A stretch of 53,197 nucleotides of DNA, taken from the IMG/VR virus record IMGVR_UViG_3300009826_000006, positions 1 through 53,197 of that record; one strand, written 5' to 3'. The notes under the pieces were generated by a model. The model was not told where the DNA came from. It worked only from the letters and a program-made list of their open reading frames with translations, and ran no database searches. The stretch is from a virus. Positions 8,729 through 16,167 of this stretch are shown here, piece after piece. Each line of letters starts with the position of its first letter. The stretch's first letter is position 1. The position numbers and the translations under genes were made by a program.

Positions 8729-9445
8729 ATGTCTAAATATGCAATTCTGTTATCTGGAGGTACAGACTCAGCAACTTTGTTAGGTAAACTACTTACTGAA
8801 GGATGTTGTAAAAGTGATATTTTGGCTATAGCATTTAACTATGGGCAAAAGCATGATATTGAGTTAAGGGCTTCAAGGCTTGTTGCAAAGTATTATGGTG
8901 TAGAGCATAAGACTTTGAACCTTTCTAATATTTATAAAGATGCCGAGAATCCTCTTCTGAAAGAAAGTAATAAGGCAATCCCTAAAGGCCCGTATGTTGC
9001 AAAACAGGTAGCAACTTATATACCTTTTCGTAATGGCTTATTTATATCCGCAGCTGCTGCATATGCAATGTCTATATGGCAAGATGAAAAAGATATTTTT
9101 ATATCTTTAGGAGCTCATACAGATGACAGCGTAGGAGATGTTTATGCTGATTGTTCTAAAACTTTTACACAATATATGGATAGAGCTATTATGCAGGGCA
9201 CTTATAATGTAGTAAAGCTTTTTTCACCATTTGCAGCCCGAAGATATACAAAAGCAAAAATAGTTAAAGCAGGTCTCAAAATTGGTGTACCTTATCATTT
9301 AACTTGGTCTTGCTATGAAGGTTCTACAGGACAAGGTGCTTGTGGCAAGTGTTCTACATGTATAGATCGTTTAAAAGCTTTTCATATCAATGGAGCACAA
9401 GATCCTATAAAGTATAAGGAGGTAACAGATGTATCAAATATCTAA
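8729..9445 (+). CDS. queC: 7-cyano-7-deazaguanine (preQ0) synthase QueC
   Basis: LLSGGTDS PP-loop; C-terminal Zn motif SCY...CGKCSTC; typical length. Confidence 0.85.
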   Translation: MSKYAILLSGGTDSATLLGKLLTEGCCKSDILAIAFNYGQKHDIELRASRLVAKYYGVEHKTLNLSNIYKDAENPLLKESNKAIPKGPYVAKQVATYIPFRNGLFISAAAAYAMSIWQDEKDIFISLGAHTDDSVGDVYADCSKTFTQYMDRAIMQGTYNVVKLFSPFAARRYTKAKIVKAGLKIGVPYHLTWSCYEGSTGQGACGKCSTCIDRLKAFHINGAQDPIKYKEVTDVSNI

Positions 9446-9797
9446 ACGTATGGAAATTGCAGGTAGCCATAAGTTAGATTTGGATTACCCTTCTCCATGT
9501 GGCGAGTTACATGGTCATAACTGGATTGTAATAGTTCATATTAGAGGGCCTAATTTAAATTACAATGGCATGTTAATTGATTTCGCGCATATTAAAAAAG
9601 AAATCCATGACTTGTTAGACCACAAAAATTTTAATGACGTTTTACCCAAACATGTACCTACCACGGCAGAAAGCTTAGCTTGTTGGATTTGCGAGAAAAT
9701 AAACTTACTTGACAAAGCCCCTGGTGCACACTGTTATAAGGTAGAAATATGGGAATCTGAAGGGAATAGGGCGGTGTATATAAATGAAAGTAAATGA
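9429..9797 (+). CDS. queD: 6-carboxy-5,6,7,8-tetrahydropterin synthase QueD
   Basis: CGELHGHNW motif, about 120 aa, between queC and queE. Confidence 0.8.
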   Translation: MYQISKRMEIAGSHKLDLDYPSPCGELHGHNWIVIVHIRGPNLNYNGMLIDFAHIKKEIHDLLDHKNFNDVLPKHVPTTAESLACWICEKINLLDKAPGAHCYKVEIWESEGNRAVYINESK

Positions 9798-10491
9798 AAT
9801 CTTTAAGTCTATAGAAGGCGAAGGTATGCATGCAGGTAAAGTTACCACCTTTATACGTTTACAAGGCTGTAATCTAAAATGCCTTTATTGCGACACTCAA
9901 CATGCAGGCGATTCTGAAGGCGGTACGCAAATGTCTAGACCTACAATTATGTCACGTGCCATTTGTAACTTTTCAAATCACGTATCTATCACAGGAGGGG
10001 AACCTCTATTACACGAAGAATTACCTAAGCTCGTAGTACGTCTTCTCCGTGAATACAGAACTGTGCATATAGAGACAAATGGTAGTATATCTATACCTGA
10101 GTTTTTTAAAAAGGTTCAAGAGCATGCTGCCCGTACAGTAGCTATACTACTATTAAAAAAATTTCTTACCTTTTCTATAGATTATAAACTACCTAGTTCA
10201 GGACATGAGATGCAGATGTTAGCTGAAAATTTTGAATATGCAGCAGCTAACAGTGATACCTGTTCTGTAAAATTTATAGCAGGTACGCAAGAAGACTTAT
10301 GGCAAATTTGCGATGTCATAAGAGAGTATAAACTTGAAAAATGTTTTGTAGGACCAGCATTCCAACAACTTGATCCTCAAGAGATAGTTAATTGGCTTGT
10401 AAATTTGCAGGACAAGGATGTGCAGGGCGCTTTACGCTTACAGTTGCAACTGCACAAAATTATCTGGGATCCAGAAAAGCGAGGTGTGTAG
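9784..10491 (+). CDS. queE: 7-carboxy-7-deazaguanine synthase QueE (radical SAM)
   Basis: FIRLQGCNLKCLYCDT cluster motif, ITGGEPL. Confidence 0.8.
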   Translation: MKVNEIFKSIEGEGMHAGKVTTFIRLQGCNLKCLYCDTQHAGDSEGGTQMSRPTIMSRAICNFSNHVSITGGEPLLHEELPKLVVRLLREYRTVHIETNGSISIPEFFKKVQEHAARTVAILLLKKFLTFSIDYKLPSSGHEMQMLAENFEYAAANSDTCSVKFIAGTQEDLWQICDVIREYKLEKCFVGPAFQQLDPQEIVNWLVNLQDKDVQGALRLQLQLHKIIWDPEKRGV

Positions 10492-11057
10492 TGGATATCA
10501 ACAGAGCTGAAATAGCAATAGCTAATATTATAGAAACATTTGGCGGAGACTTACAATCTGAAGGTATGCGGGATACACCTAAGCGTGCAGCTAAAATGTT
10601 TGCTGAGCTCCTTGAGGGTATGCAGTACACTAATGAGCAAATAGCAGAAAAGTGTAGCAAGTGTTTTGAGCACGTTAGCCATAACGATCTTGTCATTGTG
10701 CAAGACATACCTATTTTCAGTCTTTGCGAACATCATCTGGCTCTCATGTATAATATGAAAGTGCATGTAGCTTATGTACCTTGCGGGCGTGTAATTGGTC
10801 TTTCAAAAATAGCACGCATTGCACAACTTGTAAGTAAGCGCTTTCAGCTTCAAGAGCGTATAGGGCAGGATATCCTGGAGATTCTAGCATATGTATTATG
10901 TACTAATGACATTATGGTCATCGTAGAGGGAGAACATTCCTGCATGACTGCAAGAGGTGTCAAGGTTGCTGGAGCACGTACTAAGACATCAGCTATAAAT
11001 GGACGATTCAAAAAAGTGCTTGCGTTACGTCAAGAAGCATTGGCACTAATTAAATAA
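10491..11057 (+). CDS. folE: GTP cyclohydrolase I FolE; start moved to GTG 10491
   Basis: GMRDTPKRAAKMF, SLCEHHL, EGEHSCM motifs; GAGGTG SD; 188 aa fits the family; the ORF-track N-extension overlaps queE. Confidence 0.85.
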   Translation: MDINRAEIAIANIIETFGGDLQSEGMRDTPKRAAKMFAELLEGMQYTNEQIAEKCSKCFEHVSHNDLVIVQDIPIFSLCEHHLALMYNMKVHVAYVPCGRVIGLSKIARIAQLVSKRFQLQERIGQDILEILAYVLCTNDIMVIVEGEHSCMTARGVKVAGARTKTSAINGRFKKVLALRQEALALIK

Positions 11058-11076
11058 AGTAATGTGAGAGATAGCT

Positions 11077-11181
11077 TCAAACATCTCTTTCAAGGAATGA
11101 ATATATGCTTATCACTAACTGTCAAGCAGCATGCTTATCACCAGCTCCTTTAGTTATTCATTCCTTGAAAGAGATGTTTGA
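11077..11181. repeat. 27-bp perfect inverted repeat (11077-11103 / 11155-11181) around a 51-nt spacer containing two 11-bp direct repeats ATGCTTATCAC (11105-11115, 11131-11141)
   Basis: hand pairing base by base. Confidence 0.9.
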
Positions 11182-11223
11182 GCATCCAATAATGGTCGTC
11201 GGACCTTAAACGTAGGAGGTATT

Positions 11224-11616
11224 ATGAATTTAGATTTCACTAATGTAGCAACAAGAGATCCTCTTGAGCCTGGCTTTTATACAGGACGTATTATAGAGGC
11301 AGAAGAAAAGACAGCAAGCACAGGTAGCCCTATGATTGCCGTAGTTTATCAAATAACTGGCGACTCAAACGGTGAGCCTGTAGAAGGCATACGTAAAGTA
11401 TGGGATAATCTTGTCCTTACAGAGGCTTCTATGTGGCGCGTAAAACAAGCTTTTGAGGCGTATGGCTTTGACGTAGAAGGTTCTCTAGACATAACGCCTG
11501 CAGATCTTATTGGTATAGATCTAGGTCTTAAGCTGGGGCACAATATCTATCAAGGCGAGACACGTAACAATATTCTAGGTTATAAAACTTTAGATGAAAT
11601 GGCTGGTCTTAACTAG
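11224..11616 (+). CDS. DUF669-like protein (putative phage SSB/annealing partner)
   Basis: size, N-terminal pattern and association with a Sak4-like ATPase; from memory of the family. Confidence 0.45.
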   Translation: MNLDFTNVATRDPLEPGFYTGRIIEAEEKTASTGSPMIAVVYQITGDSNGEPVEGIRKVWDNLVLTEASMWRVKQAFEAYGFDVEGSLDITPADLIGIDLGLKLGHNIYQGETRNNILGYKTLDEMAGLN

Positions 11617-11625
11617 GAGGTAAAA

Positions 11626-12135
11626 ATGAAAAAGAAAATTATATTAACAGCAGCACTGTTTCTATTGGTACTTGTAGTATTCACAGGTTGCGGCCGTGAA
11701 TGGCGAAGAAATCAAGCGATGCTAGACGCTGAAAACCAAGCCTCAATCGCTCAAATGCGGGCTGAATACCAACTTGCTGTCACGCTAATGGAGATGGATT
11801 ACCAAGCCACCGTAATGCGCCTGGACGCAGAAGCACGTCTATACTACGACCGCCTTAACGCTGAGCGCATTCTCTTGGTAGCGGAAGCACAAGCCCAGGC
11901 AGACATTGCTACAGCACAAGCTGCCGCCGAAATACAGCGAATACATGCATTGGTTACGGCTGAATACATTGTTATGTCAGCAGAGGCACATGCACAGGCT
12001 AACCGACTATTAGCCGCAAGCCTGGATGATTATCTGCTAACACAAGCCTGGATTCAGGCATGGGATGGGCAATTGCCACGCACTGTTTTGGGCGAAAACA
12101 CTAACTTTATGATAGGGTTAGATATTGATGAATAG
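11626..12135 (+). CDS. lipoprotein with SPFH/prohibitin-like Ala/Gln-rich C-terminal region
   Basis: lipobox VVFTGC; AEAQAQADIATAQAAAEIQRI and ...YLLTQAWIQAWDGQLP resemble SPFH C-termini; visibly higher G+C. Confidence 0.5.
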   Translation: MKKKIILTAALFLLVLVVFTGCGREWRRNQAMLDAENQASIAQMRAEYQLAVTLMEMDYQATVMRLDAEARLYYDRLNAERILLVAEAQAQADIATAQAAAEIQRIHALVTAEYIVMSAEAHAQANRLLAASLDDYLLTQAWIQAWDGQLPRTVLGENTNFMIGLDIDE

Positions 12136-12349
12136 GCATATGCGCAGATTCTTGAAGTTTGCAGGAGTCGCCGTTGTTGTTATGTTGGTTTTGATTGTCG
12201 TAGTTATTGTAGGCAATGAACTAACAAGCCTAACCGAACCAAGAAGACAGCCTTTGCAAATCGAAATACAGGAAACAGAAAGCCCGTTTAATGTTCGTGA
12301 TATGCAGGATGAAACAAGAGACAGGATTAACAATAGGCTTAATGACTAA
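12125..12349 (+). CDS. small single-pass membrane protein (74 aa)
   Basis: hydrophobic stretch AGVAVVVMLVLIVVVIV. Confidence 0.5.
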   Translation: MMNRHMRRFLKFAGVAVVVMLVLIVVVIVGNELTSLTEPRRQPLQIEIQETESPFNVRDMQDETRDRINNRLND

Positions 12350-12366
12350 CTCAGTTATATAGTCGT

Positions 12367-12500
12367 AACGTGGTGGCGGAATGGGTAGACGCGCGGTGGA
12401 GAAGGCCTGTGGTGAGAGGGTTAGTTAGGACGGTAGTCCCAGACCTAATGATTTGTGGTAGGTGTTCAGGCATGTAGGGTTCAAATCCCTACCCACGTTA
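12367..12500 (+). tRNA. atypical oversized tRNA-like gene (134 nt) with the same 5' 22-mer as 815-836
   Basis: acceptor AACGTGG/CCACGTT; TG; D arm GCGG-AATGGGTAGA-CGC; T arm GTAGGG-TTCAAAT-CCCTAC; 80 nt between D and T arms; no CCA. Confidence 0.5.
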
Positions 12501-12529
12501 TTAAAAAAAAAAATAGGGGATGCTGCTGG

Positions 12530-15226
12530 GTGATTTATTCAAGGTTTATTACTTTCGAATGCAAGCATAATGACGGGCAGCTTTACGCTTTGTGCCCTTT
12601 ACATGTAGAAAAGACCCCGTCATTCACAGTTAATGAGGAGACAGAAGAATGGTATTGTTTTGGTTGTGCAGAGGGTGGAGGTCCTAAAGAATTTGTAGCT
12701 AAACTTCTAGATGTTGATATTACTATAGCTAAGACTGCGATTTCTACTTATGAAAAATCTGGTAATTGGATTTTGCCGGAGGATGATCGCATTGATAAGT
12801 TGCATGTAAATCTTATTACAAGACCTTCTGAAATAGCCATACTACACAAGTATGGTATAACTAGAGAAGCTATCGAAAAATATAGGTTAGGCTGGGAAGA
12901 TACTAGAATTATTTTCCCTATTTTTTCTCGTACTGGTTACTGCGTTAACCTAAGAAAATATCTCCCACCTCACAGGCGTGAAGATGCTTTGCGTAAGGTT
13001 ATACATGAAAGAGGTTTAGGTAAAGGAAGTCCAAGATTTTATCCTTATGAAGCCTTTGATGAGGATACTATTTTTATAGTCGAAGGTGAGAAAGACTGCA
13101 TTGCTGCTAGGGCTCAAGGCATCAATGCAGTTACAGGTACGGGAGGTGCAACTTTACCTGTACATGAAGCTTTAATGTTTAAGGACAAACATGTTATCCT
13201 AATGGTTGATACTGATAAAACAGGTAATAAATTGGCAAGAGATTACTATCAATTACTGCAGCAAGTTGCATCTTCTATAAAACGTGTAGTACTTCCTACA
13301 AAAGATTTTGTAGAGTATTTTGAAAATTGCTCAGAGTCTGAAGAGGATATGGATGTAATGAAATTCCTTGAAGCTTCTGTGCAACAAGCTGCTGATGAAG
13401 TTGAAGCTCAGGAAGCTACACTTGCATCAGCTGAAACAGTAGAAAACTTAGATACTTGGGTTATTTTAAAAAATATGACTATTGTAGGTACGGAAGCTAA
13501 AATTTATACAGTACCTACTAAACTAGAATGCGTATGTATTTCATCTAAATGCGATAAATTCTGCCCTTTGGCATCGACGTCTTTAACTGGTAAAGGACCT
13601 ATTATAGATGTACCATCTAGGCATGTTGTACATTTCCTAGACTCTAACGATGGTATACAAGATAAGTTTGTACAAGAAAAATTTCGTTGTCAAAAAGTAA
13701 AAGCTATACCTACAGAATATGTCAATGTACAAAAAATAATCTTCCAAGAGTCAGCCTCTTTTGTAGATGGTCTAGAAGATGCAACATTTGAACACCGTTA
13801 TGGAATGTACACATATGTGGACCATAGACTAAGCGCTACTATGAAATATGATTTAGTAGCTTGCAGAGTAACGGATCCTCGTACACAGGTAGTATATTAT
13901 GTTATTCGAGACGCTGAAAAGATTGATATGCATATACCATCTATGTATTTGGAAAGCGTAGATAAGTTCCGTCTCGTGGCGCAAATTTCTAACAGTGCTA
14001 TAGAACTTTTAGAACATTATTATAAAGAGTGGTTACCAACTTTAGCTATAGAAGGCCGATTAGATTTGTTTGGAGCTATGCTTTTAACATATTGCTCAGT
14101 AACAGAAATACCTTGGCAAGGTGGAATTATAAAAGGGTGGTTAGATACAATATGCGTTGGAGATACAAGAACGGGGAAATCTCAGATGGCACAACGCTTT
14201 GTTAAATCTATAGGAATGGGGAGTTACATCAATGGAGAAAACGCGCGTAGAACAGGTGTTATTGGAGGTCTCCAACAATTTGGAGGTTCTTGGGTTATCA
14301 CTTGGGGAGCTATACCACTCAATGACAGAGGCCTTCTTGTCATTGATGAAGCTAGTGGACTCGATATTGACGACATTAAAGACTTATCTTCAACGCGCAG
14401 TTCTGGAGCTGTTACACTTCATAAAATTGTTAAAGGAGAAGCAAGAGCTCGTACCAGGTTATTCTGGTTATCCAACCCCCGTTCAGGCTGTAACATTCAT
14501 GAATTCTACTGGCGTGGCTATGGAGCATTTCAAGAATTCATACCTGCAGTGGAAGACCAGGCAAGATTCGACCTCGTATTATCGGCGGCGCGAGAGGATA
14601 TAGATACTCCTAAAGGTATTGACCATTATCATGAACCTGAGCTTAACAACTGGCGAGATTTAGTTGCAACTGCTTGGTCTTTAACTCTTGAAGATATTAT
14701 TTACGATGATGTGTTTCGCGCTAGAATAAGAGAGTCCTCTAAAGCTCTCAATGAAGAAATGGGCGGTGGACCTCTTATTGTAGGGGTTGCTGTACATGAG
14801 AAACTTCTAAGGCTTTCCTGCGCTTTTGCAGTGCTTTCTGGAGATGTATATGATGGTAAGCTAAAACTTAAAGAGAGGCATCTAGAGTATTCTGTAGAGT
14901 TTCTTAAGTATACTCTCTTAAAGGAAACAATGTCTTACGGTGAATACGTTAAAGGCTTGAAAAAGGCTAGAGAAGCACGTATTAAGAATATAGAATTTAT
15001 ACGCGGTTTGTTAGTATTACATCCAGCAATAAAAGCTGTATTAATTGCAAAGACTTTCCGAGGACATCAGTTCTCTGAAATATTAGGTTTAGATAAAAAT
15101 GAATCTGCAAAGATACTCTCCGACCTTATTAAGCGAGGTCTTGTATCTGTACAGTCTCATGCTACTTATAAACCTGAAAGTGTTCTAACAGATGTAGCAA
15201 GACAATTCGAAATAGGAGGAGATTAG
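12530..15226 (+). CDS. primase-helicase fusion: CHC2 zinc finger + Toprim (DnaG-type) + MCM-like AAA+ ATPase; start moved to GTG 12530
   Basis: CPLHVEKTPSF...CFGC; IFIVEGEKDCIAA and MVDTDKTGNK (Toprim); GDTRTGKSQ, GAIPLNDRGLLVIDEASG, ARTRLFWLSNP, ARFDLVL align with MCM Walker A/B, sensor and Arg-finger motifs; AGGGGA SD. Confidence 0.75.
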   Translation: MIYSRFITFECKHNDGQLYALCPLHVEKTPSFTVNEETEEWYCFGCAEGGGPKEFVAKLLDVDITIAKTAISTYEKSGNWILPEDDRIDKLHVNLITRPSEIAILHKYGITREAIEKYRLGWEDTRIIFPIFSRTGYCVNLRKYLPPHRREDALRKVIHERGLGKGSPRFYPYEAFDEDTIFIVEGEKDCIAARAQGINAVTGTGGATLPVHEALMFKDKHVILMVDTDKTGNKLARDYYQLLQQVASSIKRVVLPTKDFVEYFENCSESEEDMDVMKFLEASVQQAADEVEAQEATLASAETVENLDTWVILKNMTIVGTEAKIYTVPTKLECVCISSKCDKFCPLASTSLTGKGPIIDVPSRHVVHFLDSNDGIQDKFVQEKFRCQKVKAIPTEYVNVQKIIFQESASFVDGLEDATFEHRYGMYTYVDHRLSATMKYDLVACRVTDPRTQVVYYVIRDAEKIDMHIPSMYLESVDKFRLVAQISNSAIELLEHYYKEWLPTLAIEGRLDLFGAMLLTYCSVTEIPWQGGIIKGWLDTICVGDTRTGKSQMAQRFVKSIGMGSYINGENARRTGVIGGLQQFGGSWVITWGAIPLNDRGLLVIDEASGLDIDDIKDLSSTRSSGAVTLHKIVKGEARARTRLFWLSNPRSGCNIHEFYWRGYGAFQEFIPAVEDQARFDLVLSAAREDIDTPKGIDHYHEPELNNWRDLVATAWSLTLEDIIYDDVFRARIRESSKALNEEMGGGPLIVGVAVHEKLLRLSCAFAVLSGDVYDGKLKLKERHLEYSVEFLKYTLLKETMSYGEYVKGLKKAREARIKNIEFIRGLLVLHPAIKAVLIAKTFRGHQFSEILGLDKNESAKILSDLIKRGLVSVQSHATYKPESVLTDVARQFEIGGD

Positions 15227-15228
15227 TA

Positions 15229-15477
15229 ATGGATGTTGAAAGATTGGAAAGGTTGTTTGAGAAATACCCTAAGCTTGAGAATTTTATTGCAGCAGGGAAT
15301 ATTACTCTTAAAGCTGCACGCACTATTCTAGGCTTCGCCGAGGATAGACATCTAATGTATGATATCTATGCAGAGCTTTTAGAAATAGGTGCGGTAGAAG
15401 GCACAGGTGCGGTTTCCTGGCGGGCAACACCTGAATTAAAAACTTATATGAAGGAGCGTAAAGCATGTACGACTTAA
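15229..15477 (+). CDS. hypothetical protein (82 aa)
   Basis: ORF in operon. Confidence 0.6.
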   Translation: MDVERLERLFEKYPKLENFIAAGNITLKAARTILGFAEDRHLMYDIYAELLEIGAVEGTGAVSWRATPELKTYMKERKACTT

Positions 15478-15911
15478 TATGTGCTAAAGGATTAATGGAT
15501 AACGTGAAGCACTTAAGGCAGCAGTTTCCTCATAGCCATTGCCAAAAGTTTGATAAGCTTGTTATGTGTATTAGTACATCACTAAAAGTTTCTGGTGGGC
15601 CGTTGCTTGAGCAATTTAATCGTATAACCTCTGAGCGTAAAGAAATGTCTGCTAACGATAAAGGCTATGAAGCTATGCTCTATATGTTAATTTGCGGGCT
15701 TAACGAAGAAACAGGCGAGCTAGCAGGACTCTTAAAAAGGGAAATTCGTGGAGATCCTAAACCTGCAGAAGCTTGGATTAGTGAATTAGGGGATGTCTAT
15801 TGGTATCTTATCAATCTTATTGATATATTAAATTTAGACCCTTTACAAATTTTACAATATAATCAAAACAAATTGGAGGAAAGATATGGGAACAGATCTA
15901 ATAATAGCTGA
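15465..15911 (+). CDS. MazG-like nucleoside triphosphate pyrophosphohydrolase
   Basis: EETGELAGLLKREIRGD and ELGDVYWYLINL motifs; AAGGAG SD. Confidence 0.7.
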   Translation: MYDLICAKGLMDNVKHLRQQFPHSHCQKFDKLVMCISTSLKVSGGPLLEQFNRITSERKEMSANDKGYEAMLYMLICGLNEETGELAGLLKREIRGDPKPAEAWISELGDVYWYLINLIDILNLDPLQILQYNQNKLEERYGNRSNNS

Positions 15912-16167
15912 CAACCTATTAAAAGATTCTGCAGATAGCGTTATAAATAATCCTTCTCACTATACCCAGGGAGGTATTGAGAGTATAGATGCTATAGCAA
16001 CTGCAACAAGGGACCTTAAAGGTATTGAGGCCGTTTGTATTGGTAATGCCTTAAAATATTTGTGGCGCTGGAAATTGAAGAATGGAACTGAAGATCTCAA
16101 AAAAGCTAAATGGTATATTGATTATTTATTAGAGGAGGATAATAATAATAATGAAAATTTATCATGA
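15886..16167 (+). CDS. DUF3310-family protein
   Basis: NPSHYTQGGIESIDAI...ALKYLWRWKLKNG..DLKKAKWYIDYLL signature. Confidence 0.65.
   Translation: MGTDLIIADNLLKDSADSVINNPSHYTQGGIESIDAIATATRDLKGIEAVCIGNALKYLWRWKLKNGTEDLKKAKWYIDYLLEEDNNNNENLS

Noticed and set aside
10392-10490. The N-terminal 33 codons of the folE ORF-track entry
   Set aside because: They overlap the 3' end of queE in another frame. A GTG at 10491 with a GAGGTG SD gives a protein of typical FolE length.
12455-12529. The ORF-track start (12455) of the 923-aa primase-helicase ORF
   Set aside because: These codons lie inside the tRNA-like element and the A-rich spacer. There is an AGGGGA SD followed by an in-frame GTG at 12530, and the zinc-finger domain begins just after it. 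I therefore moved the start to 12530.
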